Below, piece after piece: positions 49,320-62,365 of a DNA stretch of 63,951 bases; position 1 is the stretch's first letter; each line of letters opens with the position of its first letter. A program made the position numbers and the translations under genes. The DNA lies in NCBI RefSeq assembly GCF_001194135.2, contig NC_069003.1, forward strand, positions 21,801,946 through 21,865,896, read 5' to 3'. The notes beneath the pieces were generated by a model. That model searched no databases. It was not told the DNA's origin and saw only the letters and a list, made by a program, of their open reading frames with translations. The stretch is from Octopus bimaculoides. Its lineage: Eukaryota.

Positions 49320-49545
49320 TGTGTCTATTTGTCTTAACATCACACGATGGTTGTAAATGAGTGTCACAGTCATACAAGCTGTGTCATTCATTTCCAATAT
49401 ACTGCAAGGACTAAATCTGGCCATGGGGAAATGTTACCTTGATTGAAAACAGGTGAGGACTGGTGACAGGAAGGGCATCTGGCTGTTGAAAATCTGCTGC
49501 AACAAACTCCATCTGACCCATGCAAGCAAGGAAAAGTGGACGTTA
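49320..49545 (+). mobile_element. Family-C right monomer with RTE-type tail
   Basis: Homologous to 3215-3330. Ends GGAAGGGCATCTGGC...GGACGTTAAA. Confidence 0.7.
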
Positions 49546-50315
49546 AAATAGGTATGTGTATGTATGTAGGCCACACACTCAGAGCCGGACGATTGCTTAG
49601 AGACACAAGGCATGTTATTACAACTTGCCTAGACAACATCTCCAGTGCATGAAACCCTGAATAGCTCACAACTGTATACTATGTACATTAAATAACACAC
49701 ACACACACACACACACATACATACACAAATACTTAAATCTACAGCTATTTCTGACATATCCACAGTTTATCTAGGAATATCATTATTAACAAGATTAATT
49801 TCATCAATATTTAATGTTTTACACTTTGATAAGACTGCCATAGTGAGAGTTAACTATTTGACATTTAACATCCATTATTTAAAATTGTTGACATGTTGAC
49901 GGTTGCGGCTATTACAATATATTTTAACGGACCCATGTTGCCCTCAATAAACATTCTTTATTGATCATCGTGACATAATTAAAATTGATTATCATCAACA
50001 TAATAAAAAAAATAAATAAATAGTTCTCGCAGATTTGTGAACCATTCAAGAAAGAATATTTCTCACAAAATAATGGTAACAGAAGAAAGAGAGGGATTGA
50101 CTCCCACCTCACTTTATGGCTCTGTGCCATTCTGTTAAGGGGCTGGGAAGTGGCAAAATCATTAGAACATTGTGAAAATGGTTGTGTTAAGGGTGACAGT
50201 GGTGGTAGTGACGGTGGTAGTGATGGTGGTATTGGTGGTGGTGGGGAGGCACTGGTAATGATGGTTGTGGTAGCGGTGGTGGTAAGTTGTTGTTGGTGGT
50301 GGTGGTGGCGGAGGA

Positions 50316-50776
50316 NNNNNNNNNNNNNNNNNNNNNNNNNNNNNNNNNNNNNNNNNNNNNNNNNNNNNNNNNNNNNNNNNNNNNNNNNNNNNNNNNNNNN
50401 NNNNNNNNNNNNNNNNNNNNNNNNNNNNNNNNNNNNNNNNNNNNNNNNNNNNNNNNNNNNNNNNNNNNNNNNNNNNNNNNNNNNNNNNNNNNNNNNNNNN
50501 NNNNNNNNNNNNNNNNNNNNNNNNNNNNNNNNNNNNNNNNNNNNNNNNNNNNNNNNNNNNNNNNNNNNNNNNNNNNNNNNNNNNNNNNNNNNNNNNNNNN
50601 NNNNNNNNNNNNNNNNNNNNNNNNNNNNNNNNNNNNNNNNNNNNNNNNNNNNNNNNNNNNNNNNNNNNNNNNNNNNNNNNNNNNNNNNNNNNNNNNNNNN
50701 NNNNNNNNNNNNNNNNNNNNNNNNNNNNNNNNNNNNNNNNNNNNNNNNNNNNNNNNNNNNNNNNNNNNNNNNNNNN
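50316..50776. other. Assembly gap (largest of 8)
   Basis: N runs at 1393-1572, 9414-9511, 20495-20531, 21214-21296, 27261-27270, 36429-36509, 50316-50776 and 56067-56076. Confidence 0.99.
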
Positions 50777-51004
50777 CATTCAATACTTTCTTTCATGGTG
50801 CCATCCATTTTTATTTTATTTTATTTTATATTGTATATCATATTATATATTGTATATTCCATATTCTATACCCCACATTAGTTCTGCAGGAATATAAATA
50901 AAACATAAAAAACAGACAGTGTTGGAACTCTTTTAAGCAAAATAATATATTCCTCTATACACAATCATACAAAAAAACCCACCTTTTTTGTATTTATTTT
51001 TACT

Positions 51005-51044
<40 letters not shown>

Positions 51045-51195
51045 ACAGGATTCTTTCACTTTCTGTCTACCAATCCAACCACAAGGATTTGCTTGGCCCG
51101 CGGCAATAGTGAAAGACACTTGCCCAAGGTGCCACGTAGTGAGACTGAACTCAGAACCATGTGGTTGGAAAGCAGGCTTCTTACCACACAGCCAC
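51045..51195 (-). mobile_element. Family-A left monomer
   Basis: GACACTTGCCCAAGGTGCCAC...CTTACCACACAGCCAC. Confidence 0.8.
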
Positions 51196-52036
51196 TATAC
51201 ACAGAATAAAATGCTAAAAAGTTTACGAAGTGAACAGTAAATGAGTCATAAAAAGGAAAGTATGCATGGTACATTAGGAGTAGTGTTGACAAATTTCAGG
51301 AAGCACGGAATTATTTTTGGAAGATGCAGTGTCCCCTGACAACTAACAATTGACAGGCATAGTTTTTTCCCATGCTTCAAGAATTCTGAGTGTGAAAGCC
51401 ACTTGCCAAATATGCTGTGAAATAGGAGAAAATCCAGGACAACATGAGTGCAAAGCAAACTTGTTAAGTACACAGCCATACCTGGTAGCAAATAATTGGT
51501 AAAATTGAAAAGTGGAAGTTCTGTCTGGTCCACCTCCAGTGACGTTAATAATAAATTATGAGAAATCGTTAAGGTTATTAACTTTAGAGATTTTCATAAA
51601 ACTATGGTAACAACAAAAATGACGAGGATGATGATGGTGGTGGTGGTGGTGCTGCTGCTGCTACTACTAAAGATGATGACGATGATGATGATGATGATAT
51701 TGGCAATTTTGACAGAAATGTCATCCATTAGGAAGCCAAAATTGTTGTTGTTGTTGTTGTTGTTGTCACTGCTGTTGTTTTCTTCATCATTGTTGTTGTT
51801 GTTTAGCCTCAGGTATGTCAGTCCTGACACAGACAGACCTACAATCGAAAGTGTTCCAACCATGACCATCTCATCGTTTGTATTTCAACTACTACAACTA
51901 CTGCTGCTGCTGCTGCTACTACTACTACAACTACTACAACTACTACTACTATTACAACTACTACTACTACTACTACTATTCCTACTACTACTACTACTAC
52001 TACTAATGTTATTACACCCAGTCTATCTTTATTTAA

Positions 52037-52246
52037 CCCTTTCGTTACCATATTTCTTTTGAGATGTTCTGTGTTTCTTTCAATTAATTTTAAATATAAC
52101 AAAGAATTTAGTAAAATAACTTTGTTATCATTAAGCTGGTGTTAGGAACATAAATTGTGACTAAGGTTTGGTGGAAGAACTTATGAAAATAAGACATTTG
52201 TACCACAGAACCAGAAATGGTTTCAGTCGGGTTGGTAACGAAAGGG
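52037..52246. mobile_element. piggyBac-like MITE, 210 bp
   Basis: Perfect TTAA TSD on both sides and perfect 13-bp TIR CCCTTTCGTTACC. Confidence 0.9.
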
Positions 52247-52339
52247 TTAAGACAACAGAAGTGAGAGTTTTGTTAGAAAATCTGTGCTACCGTTCCTAAC
52301 AGACTACATGAAGGCATGAAGATTGATTAATAACAATGG

Positions 52340-52550
52340 CTTCAAATTTTGACACAAGGTCAGCAAATGTAGCAGAGAGAGTAAGTTGGATTACATCAAC
52401 CCCAGTTCATAACTGGTACTTGTTTCATCAATTCTGAAAGGATGAAAGGCAAAGTTGACTTTCACGGAACTTGAACTCAAAATGTAAAGATGGATGAAAT
52501 GCTGTTAAGCATTTTGCCCGGTGTTCTAACGATTCTGCCAGCTCACTGCC
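52340..52550 (-). mobile_element. Family-D SINE
   Basis: Same domain as 48820-49025. Confidence 0.82.
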
Positions 52551-52599
52551 TTAGTAATCTACTATAATAGCACTCTTGTGTTTTTCTCCATTACAATAT

Positions 52600-53045
52600 A
52601 TGAATGAGAAAGGAAGGGGTGATAGATGAATAAGGAAGGAAGGGGTGATAAATGAATAAGAAAGGAAGGGGTGATAGCAAACTTGGTAGTGGGATGATGG
52701 AAGTTCTACAGTGAAAAGAAAAAATCAAACAGCATTTCAACTCTGCATGAGTATATGTGCGTGTATGTAAAAGGAAGATATGTGAATGTTTGTGTGTGTG
52801 TGCAATGGAAATGGGATGGTGAACATTCAATGCTGTAAAGAAAAAATCAAACAGCGTTTCAACTCTGTGTGAGTATATGTGTGTGTGTGTGTGTATGTAA
52901 AAGGGAATCATGTTAATGTTTGTGTGTGGGGGGGTTGGTTGTGTGTGTGCAATGGAAATGTGTGCAATGTAAGTGGGATGGTGAACATTCAACGCTGTAA
53001 AGAAACAAATCAAACAGCATTTCTACTCTGTGTGAGAATATGTGT
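52600..53045. repeat. Tandem arrays: ~25-bp x3, then ~120-160-bp x2.5
   Basis: GAAAGGAAGGGGTGATA-type unit x3. AAATCAAACAGC(A/G)TTTC(A/T)ACTCTG x3. Confidence 0.8.
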
Positions 53046-53192
53046 GTATGTGCGTGCATGTACAAGAGAAGTATGTGTATATTTGTATGTGTGATTATTA
53101 CGTACTTTATTTTTTGCCTTATTTATATATAAAATACTACAGTTAGCCATCATTTTTGACGGTACGGGGCCAGCTAGTAATAATAATAATAA

Positions 53193-53550
53193 TCCTTTCT
53201 ACCAAAGACACAAGCCTGAAATTTTGTGGAAGGGGACTAGTTGATTACATCGACCCTAGTGTTTCACTGGTACTTAATTTATCGACTCCGAAAGCCTGAA
53301 AGGCAAAGCTGACCTCAGTGGAATTTGAACTCAGAATGTAGCAATGGGTGAAATACTGCTAAACATTTCACGTAAAAGCACCCACTACACTCTCGGAGTG
53401 GTTGGCGTTAGGAAGGGCATCCAGCTGCAGAAACTCTGCTAGATCAGATTGGAGCCTGGTACAGCCTTCTGGCTTGCCAGTCCTCAGTCAAATCGTCCAA
53501 CCCATGCTAGCATGGAAAGCAGACATTAAACGATGATGATGATGATGATA
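53193..53550. mobile_element. Family-D SINE (-) fused to family-B tail (+)
   Basis: Junction CTAAACATTTC|ACGTAAAAGCACCC near 53370. Confidence 0.75.
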
Positions 53551-53953
53551 TATATACGTATGTATGTATGTATGTATGTATGTATAAGGAAAGAGAAGAA
53601 TATATACGTGTATGTGTGTGTATGTGTATTATACACACACACGCACACACATACATACATGTATTATATATAATTCTGTAAGACCGGCTGGCTGTTATTG
53701 GAATTATTATTATTTCTGAAATAAGCATGGCATGATTAAAGTATTGACCAATTCTTATATTGCAACTGTTGTGAAAAATATTAATTCTTCCAGTTCTGTT
53801 GCCAGCAAAGATTTAAGAGATTTTGGTAATGAGGAATTCTCAGAATTTGTGGAAGTTTCATATTGATCCGGATAAATTGCTTCATCAAATTAAAATTTAT
53901 TTATACACTTGTGTGTGTGTGTGTGTGTGTGTGTGTTTTTATATATGTATGTA

Positions 53954-54009
<56 letters not shown>

Positions 54010-54020
<11 letters not shown>

Positions 54021-54245
54021 TTTATCTTTTACTTGTTTCAGCCATATGACTGTGATCATGCTGGGGCACCACCTTGAAGGGTTTTAGTCAAACAAATGGA
54101 CCTTAGGCCTTTTTTTTTTTAAAGCCTAGAACTTATTCTATGAGTCTCTTTTGCCAAACTGTAAGTTACCAGGATGTAAACACACCAACACCAGTTTTAA
54201 GTGGTGGTGGTGGTGGTGGTGGACAAAGCAGACACAAAGACACAT
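54010..54245 (-). mobile_element. Family-A right monomer
   Basis: TTTTACTTGTTTCAGCCATATGACTGTGATCATGCTGGGGCACC. Confidence 0.72.
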
Positions 54246-54256
54246 CCACACACACA

Positions 54257-54287
<31 letters not shown>

Positions 54288-54288
54288 G

Positions 54289-54320
<32 letters not shown>

Positions 54321-54907
54321 GAAGCGCTAACAGCACCGTCCAAGCGTGATCATTGCCAGAGCACATAAATAGCACCATTTGAGCGTGATCGTTACCATTT
54401 AAAAAATGAGTTTTGAGCTATACTTTTTGTATAAGACTACTCCAAGTTTTCATGGAAAATAGCTCAAGCACTGAAAGGTGCGAGGTTTCATAGCTAAAAG
54501 GGTTGGGTCAGCTGTAGCATCCTCGGTGACCCCTGAAGCCTCTGCTTTTCTAGTGTTTCAATCGCATTTTAACTATGTTTCAATCAGTAAACTTTGCATA
54601 CAACAATTCTGCAATCTTGGTTGTTTAAAATTTATCCAATTCTTTTCAATCAGTGACTAAATATTGTAAATTATCTATTATACGACACATCAAACATACC
54701 TGACTGGTGTAAACACTACTGCAGTGACATCACTTAGCTGTCTGTTATTTTACCAGAACTAACCATGGTGTCAAATACACCATATTTATTTGAAATAGAT
54801 TTACTGATTTATTTACAATATGTATAATATTATATTGTAATATATTAGAAATGTCGTTATAAAGTACACTGCTAGTATTTTCTTTAATTTATAAATTTTG
54901 TCTTGCT

Positions 54908-55192
54908 TTATGAGACTATTGGTCTTGAAACAATGTATCCATTTTGACACAGCGCATGGACCATGTCTGCTACATGCTTCTCTAGAATCGGCCAGTTTGC
55001 AGTGCTTCCTCTAATTGCACATTTTGTCCTGAGTATACTCCTTAAGTCTTCCTTTAAGCTCCAAACTCTTAACATCTTCTCAGTTACACAATATTGTCTT
55101 GTAGCAGCACAGTTGTTGTGGGACTTGGCATATGCTAGCACTTTCAGCTTAAATTCAACCTCATATTTCCTTCGCTTACCCCTTGGAGCCAC
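54908..55192 (-). pseudogene. pogo-family transposase N-terminus (Brinker-type DBD + start of CENP-B HTH), POGK/Passer-like
   Basis: MAPRGKRRKYEVEFKLKVLAYAKSHNNCAATRQYCVTEKMLRVW...WPILEKHVADMV. Confidence 0.75.
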
Positions 55193-55529
55193 GAGGGAGT
55201 TTTAGTTGCTGGAAATTAATATTCACCCAGTGAGAATATTGCTGCTTATGAAAGAGTAATAACTTGAACCTTTTCAAGAAACCCTGTATGTTGATGTTTA
55301 AAAGCAACTGGTAACTGTAAGGTGTATTGTGATCGGTCTGACTGATACAAACTGACCAGTCACAGAAGACACTGGTACATGCTGCTAATTTGCTGTAACA
55401 GGTAGGTTAGTTACCGTAAACTACACTTGTCTTGAAAGCCCTGGGTCGGCCGAGTGCTGTATGAGAGAGCACTCTAACAAGGCAGTGTAAGCAGGGTAGA
55501 CCCTGTGATGCAGTTGAACAGGCTGATTG

Positions 55530-55635
55530 TTTACATTTTCTGTTCGTCAGCTGTTGCAAATGGCGACTGGTGTCTGTTCGCTAAAGATCTTATATAGACC
55601 CCCAGAGTCCACTGGACCCTGATTGAGAACCACTG
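55530..55635. mobile_element. hAT/Charlie MITE end
   Basis: GGACCCTGATTGAGAACCACTG, the same TIR type as 6992-7006. Confidence 0.7.
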
Positions 55636-55759
55636 TTCTATATGGTAAATTGATATGCTAGAAATAGCAGGCAAATTTCCCTTGAATCTCACCTTATTAC
55701 CAAGATACATAAAAAAAAGTGGGGAAAGAAAACATAGCATACTATAGGTCGTCCTACAA

Positions 55760-55960
55760 GGGCTTTACTTTCATTTGGTGCAGCAGCTGCAGGATGGAAG
55801 GGGCAGCATAGCAGGCCCCAAACCAAGATGGCTGGACATAATTGGGAAAGATCTCCAGAGCCTGGAGGATGCAGAGTGACTGGCACAGGTCTGCCAGTGA
55901 TGGAGAACACTGGTGAACCTGTTCAGCTCTATGCATGATGGCACCTTTAGGACCACTGAC
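55760..55960 (+). pseudogene. RTE-type LINE RT C-terminal relic
   Basis: GPKPRWLDIIGKDLQSLEDAE*LAQVCQ*WRTLV. Confidence 0.6.
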
Positions 55961-56517
55961 CTGGGATGACCCATCAAACAAGAGAATGAAGCAAGCAAGC
56001 ATATAGAGCCGGTTCATGGCTGGAAGGCATTTGTTCATAGGACAACTTAATCAGGATTTACCTGGGNNNNNNNNNNGGGGGGGGGTCAAACAACATCATC
56101 ATTGCCACAACACCTATATTTAGCACCACTACTACCACTGCAACCATGACCATCACAGATACCAGAAATACCACCATCGCCATCACCACCACTACCATCA
56201 ACACTGTTATCACCACTATCTACATCACTAGAACCACAACAACACCAACATGCTGTCACCACCACCACCGACACTACCGCACAGCTATCTCTAGCACCAA
56301 CAGTTTTATCACCACTACCACCCCATCGCCACCACCATCACCACAACCGCCGCCATCACTACCACCTCCACCACTGCAGCCACCACCAGCAGTAGTACTA
56401 CTATCACCACTACTACTACCACCAACACTACAACAACACAGTAACTAATGTTGAGTGCTTATAAATAACCTTTACAGTTATTTCAATTATTTTAAAAATA
56501 TTTAGACATCTCTCTCA

Positions 56518-56554
<37 letters not shown>

Positions 56555-57454
56555 TCTCTTGCTTTTAATCTCTCCATCTCTCTGTCTCTCAGTGTTTACT
56601 TCACACACTCAATTTTTCTTTTATTTCTTATCCCCCTCCCCTCCGTCCTCCGGTCAATCTATCCTTACTCTGTGTCACTCTACCATCCACCATCACCATC
56701 ACCACCATCACCACCACCATCACCACCACCACCGCTTCTACACTACCTCTTTCTCTTCCTCTCTATCAATTTCTGCATCATCTACATCAAACATTAGTGT
56801 GTGTGTGTGTGTGTGTGTGTGTCTATGTTTCTATGTATGTATAGATATAGATAGATAAATGGATAGGATGAATACATAAGAAGAAAGACAGAAATAAGTG
56901 CATACATGCATATATAATTATGCATATGCATATACACACACACACAAACGTATGTTCATTATACATGTGTGTGTGAGTATATATATGCACGCTGTGTATA
57001 TTTATGTATATGGCGGATTATAATACAAAATATTCGAAATGTAAACTGCATATATGTATATACATACAAATACATATACATACATATATATATACATACA
57101 TATACATACATACATATATACATACATATATATATATACAAACATACATATATACATACATACATATACATACATACATATATACATACATATATACATA
57201 CATACATATATACATACATACATACATATATACATACATACATATATATATATATATAGATATATATATATATAAACACACATATACACATATATACACA
57301 GACATACACACATATATATATATAGATATATACACATGTATATATATACATATATATACACTAAGTATGTATGTGTGCATATATGTGTACATATATGTAT
57401 ATCTACGTGTGTGTGAGTGAGAGTTGAGAAAGAAACTTGTCTGAGCGAATGTGT

Positions 57455-57486
<32 letters not shown>

Positions 57487-58048
57487 CAGTCGGGAGATGT
57501 GTTTATCACAGATGGTAGATGATACTGACATTTCAGTAATACTTCCAACAACAAAGAACCCAATTATATGGTCTTTAAGTAGTTCTACATTGACATCATC
57601 TCAGTTGCTACCATTTCTTCACAGCCTCCACATCCTCCTCCACATCCTCCTCCTCTTCCTCCTCCGCATCCCCTCTCTCTCATCTTCTTACAACGTCCAT
57701 TGTTTATTGTTCTGTGGCAATCTTTATATTATAGACTGAAAGGCATATACACAAACATACATAAGTATATATATATATATACACACACACATACGCATAC
57801 TCCGACACACATACACAAGCATACGTAAGTACTTATATACACACACAGACTCACATACACAAGCATACATATGTGTGTGTGTGTGTGAGTGCGCATGTTT
57901 GTGTATATATATATGTGTGTGTATATATATATATATATAGATACATACACATACATATATATATAAATATATGTATATATATTTGTATATATAAATGTTA
58001 TATATGTAATGTATATATATATACATATGTATATATGTTATGTGTATG

Positions 58049-58100
<52 letters not shown>

Positions 58101-58182
58101 TGTGTATGCATGTATGTGTATATATATAGATATATGTGTGTGTGTGTGTGCATATGTGTCAGAATATATGTGCGTTTTTGTG

Positions 58183-58217
<35 letters not shown>

Positions 58218-58544
58218 GTGTACATATATATGTATGCTTGTCCATATACATATGTACATACATATACATGTGGCCGAAATCAAAGATAGGAACATGACTA
58301 TTTAACAATTGTATTCCAGTAAGTCACAGAATACCATGTTGCCCAGATTGGACAGTGGTTAAAAATGACTTGGTGCTGCTTCACAGTGGAAATGTCTTTG
58401 GAATTGTCTTTGGTTTAATAAATAAAACATTCTTGGATTCCTTTTGGAAGCTTATCATTCATGTAAGAAATTAAATTGTTTCCCAATGCGTTTGAAGCAG
58501 TTTGATGCCTGATGCTATAGATACCAATATAGCCAATATTGGTT

Positions 58545-58990
58545 TCAAATTTTGGCACAAGGTTAGAAGTTTGTGGGGAGGGGCCAATTCAATTACATCA
58601 ACCCCAGTGCTCAACTGGAACTTATTTTATCGACCCTGAAAGGATGAAAGGTAAAATTGACTTTGGCAAGATTTGAACTCAGAACATAAAGACAGAGGAA
58701 ATGCCACTAAGCATTTGGCCTGGCATGTTAACAATTCTGCCAGCTCAGCGCCTATATATACCCAATATTATTAGCATGTTTAAAGTTGGCAAGCTGGCAG
58801 AATTGTTAGCATTCCAAGAAAAAATTCTTAGTGGAATTTTGTCAATCTTTATGTTCTGAGTTCAAATTCCATGGAGGTCGACTTTGCCTTTTATGCTTTC
58901 AGGGTTGATAGGACAAGTAACAGTTAAGTACTGGGGTTGATGCAATCGAATTACAGCCTCCACCAAAATTTCAGGCCTAGTGCCAAAATA
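58545..58990. mobile_element. Head-to-head pair of family-D SINEs
   Basis: Minus copy 58545-58750 and plus copy 58787-58990. Confidence 0.82.
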
Positions 58991-59029
58991 TCAAACCAAT
59001 ATTTTGTAATTTGATTGTGTAAACAGCAG

Positions 59030-59410
59030 GTGCAAGTGTGGTTGTGTGGTTTAAAAGCTTTCTTTCCAGCCATGTGGCCATGGGTTCAGTCTCACTGTGT
59101 GGCACCTCAGGCCAGTGTCTTCTACTATGGCCCCAGGTCAACCAAAGCTTCGTGAGCAGATTTGGCAGATGAAAACTGAGAGAAATCCATTGTATATATA
59201 AATATGTATGTATGTGTGTGCGTGTGTGTTTGTTTGTCGCCACCACCACCACCACTAAACAGCCAATGTTAGTTCGTTTATGTTCCTGAGATTCAGAAGT
59301 TCAGCAGAGGAGACTGACAGGCTTCAATAAAGTTAATAGTGGGGTTTGCTTGTTTGACTAAACCCTTAATGGTAGAACCCCAGGGTGTAGTCCAATGACT
59401 CAAGTAAAAG
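59030..59410 (+). mobile_element. Degenerate family-A SINE
   Basis: GGGTTCAGTCTCACTGTGTGGCACCTCAGGCC...CAATGACTCAAGTAAAAG. Confidence 0.7.
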
Positions 59411-59433
59411 AAAAAATATATATAAATGACATA

Positions 59434-59775
59434 CAAGGTGGATTTCAGATGTTTTGAAACTTTTCTTGGAGAGACATTTATTAATTTCAAAGAAGTACAA
59501 AACTCTAATTTCCTTCAAAGTAGGATCCTCTGACTACAATGCAGTTGTAGGGCTCCAGTCACTTCATGAAGGCCTCACTGGAGTCCTTGTTAGCGAAGGT
59601 GTCCAGGATCTTTGTCAGAGCCTCCTTCAGCTCGAGGAACAACCAAAAGTCACAAGAAGTAAGGTCTGGACTGTAAGGAAGGTGAGGGACGATTTTGATG
59701 CCTATCTCTGTTAAATAGCTGGTTACCAGGATGGAATTGTGGACTGGTGCATTGTAGACTGGTGCCACCAACTTG
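59434..59775 (-). pseudogene. Mariner 3' fragment (same family as 21297-22106)
   Basis: NAPVHNSILVTSYLTEIGIKIVPHLPYSPDLTSCDFWLF. TA|CAAGGTG terminus. Confidence 0.85.
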
Positions 59776-59799
59776 AGTGGAAAAGCTCTGGCTCTTTTG

Positions 59800-61890
59800 G
59801 AAGATTGCTACAACCAGTGATAAAACTTATCAATAGCTTGGATAGGCTATAAAAAAAGCTTTTAAATGCCTGAAAACTTATAAACTATCACCTGTTGTTA
59901 GGGTGAAACTGTGGAAAACAACACTGATTTCAGACAAGACAAAAAAATCTCTGAATGCAGATGTTGAAATCTCATGTTGCATTTTTCAGGGTCATTCTAT
60001 CACTCCTCTTATGTCTAGCTCTGCTACTTCTATCCAGATTACTCAATGAAACATAATATGAGTATAAGATTTATGAGAAAACTACAGGTCATTTCTTTTT
60101 ATATCTTTGGTTTAAAGTTCTCAGCAAAAAATGACCAGCAACCACAAGGCTTGCTATCAGTTGTAAAACAGTTTAGTGATGACATTAGAATGGAATTGGG
60201 CCTTCATAAATGTACAAAAGCTATCTTTTAGAGGCAAACTGTCAAAAACATCCAACATTGAACTTGATCAACAAACTGCTATAAAGATGTTAGAGCTCAA
60301 TGAAGGTTATAAGTACTTAGGGGTATATGAAGGTGATAGAATCAACCAGTCAACAATGAGGGGAAATATTAGAACTGAATGCTTTTATAGGGTGAGGACA
60401 ATACTCATGAGAGAGCTAAATGCAAGAAACAGGATAGAAGCAACTAATACTTTAATCATAGCAATCATAACTTATAGATTCACTATAATTAACTGGTTGA
60501 GTGCTGAAATCTGTAAGCTTGGTAAAAAAAATTCAGAAATCATTGACAATGAGTAGAATGCACCTCCTCAGAGCAGATGTAGAATGACTCCTTTTACCAA
60601 GAAAAGAAGGAGGCTGTGGATTTATAACTTGAATTGTCACAGAAAAATTGCCAGGGTTGGTCTAGACTCTCATCTGAAAATCTCTGAGGAGTGGATACTA
60701 AAATTTGTTTTAAACCACAAAGACATTCAAAAAAGAATTATATTCAATAACAACAGAAGCAAGAAAATATTTAAAAGAATTCCAAATACAAGAAGTCTCA
60801 GAATTAGATTAACTAAGAATAGGCACAGAAAAAGCTAAACACATGAAAGCCATTACTGAAAATGCAGCCTTAAGTAATCTTATCAGCAAATGGCAGGAAA
60901 TACCAATTCATGGTAAAATAACCAGAAAGCAGTTAACAATGCTGATATTGACAAAACTCCTACCCATCAGTGGTTAGTGTTCTCTGGCATAAAATCAGAG
61001 GCAAAAGTTTATCATAGCAGCCCAGGATCAATGTCTACCTACAAGAAGCTATCAGGCTAACATCTTAAAGAATAGCAGCTGCCCAACGTGTTCAGTGTGT
61101 AAAAAACAGCCTAAAACTGTCAATCACATTGTCTCCATGTGTAGTTTTTCTTACACATTCAAATTATCTCAAGAGGTATGAGAGAGTTGCAATAATTTAC
61201 AAGGAGCTGGACCTTCCCCCATCATAGAAACTGGTGGAAATACAAACCACCTCCATTGCTTGAAAAAGATCATATCTCATCCTATGGAACTGTTCGGTTC
61301 AAACTGACAGAAAGATAGACACAAATAGACCAGGTATTATATGGAAGGACTTCAGATGAAAATCATGCCTACTCAACGATATGACAGTCCCACCTGATAT
61401 AAACATATCTGTGAAGACCTATCAAAAGTTGAGCAGGTACAAAGATCTTGAAATAGAAAATGACAAAATGTGAAAACTTGAGACTAGAACAACATCCACA
61501 GTTGTAGGTGTCCTTGGAATAGGAACAAAAGGGGCTGATTATTATCTATCTCAAATCCCAAAATGGAAGAAATTCAGAAAATAGTACTCATGGGACTGCT
61601 TATATCCTACATAAAGTATTGTCTACAGAACTCCAAAACAATCTTTTTCCATATATTATGAAACAGTATGTTTTCTAAAATAATATCTACAAACCCAATG
61701 TACACAAAACAAAAAACCTTCTTACCAAACAACACTTTCCTGCCAAAATGTGGCAGTTATCACTCATCCTAGCCACAATGTTCACTTGAACTTATGATTT
61801 GCTGTCTCTTGAGGTGTCTGGGTAAGACTTGGACTCAGCTCATACAAACACAAAGCAAAATCCAAACATGATGATGATGACGACAACAAC
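59800..61890 (+). mobile_element. R4/Dong-type non-LTR retrotransposon, 5' truncated, with RT, CCHC and RLE relics and 3' UTR
   Basis: LSIAWIGYKKAF, FSDDIRMELGLHKC, YKYLGV, LPRKEGGCG, IAAQDQCLPTR, CSVC...NHIVSMC, NRPGII...KTYQKLSRYKDLEIE and MGTAYIL. Ends CAAAATCCAAACA(TGA)n. Confidence 0.9.
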
Positions 61891-61899
61891 AAAATTTTG

Positions 61900-62365
61900 A
61901 CACAAGGCCAGTAATTTCAGTGAAGTGGGTAAGTCAATTACATCTACCCCAGTACTCAACTGGTATTTTTTTTATCAACCCAGAAAGGATGAAAGGCAAA
62001 GCCGACCTTGGCAGTATTTGAACACAGAATGTAAAGACAGTCAAAATGCAGCTTGGCATTTTGCCCAGTGAGCTAACAATTCTGCCAGTTTGCTGCCTTC
62101 ATCATAATAATAATGATAATAATAATAATAATAATAATATTAATAATGATGATGATGATGATGATAACCCTTTCTACTAAAGGCACAAGGCCTGAAACTT
62201 GTTGATTACATTGACCCCAGTGTTCAACTGGTATTTATTTTATCAGCCTCAAAAGGATGAAAGACAAAGTTGATCTTGGCAGAATTTGAACACAGAACAT
62301 AAAGAAAGGCAAAATACTGCCAAGCATTTTGCCTGGCATGCTAGCAATTCCACCAGCTCACTGCC
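61900..62365 (-). mobile_element. Two tandem family-D SINEs separated by (AAT/GAT)n
   Basis: 61900-62100 and 62170-62365. Confidence 0.82.

Noticed and set aside
53720-53880. Short protein-like frames on both strands (also 37124-37265 and 10276-10464)
   Set aside because: No paired strong splice sites or recognisable homology, so indistinguishable from chance without RNA data.
20-58295. Numerous long ORFs of the [12 protein letters not shown], poly-L, poly-H or poly-T type
   Set aside because: They are translations of di- and trinucleotide microsatellites or span N gaps. No coding evidence.
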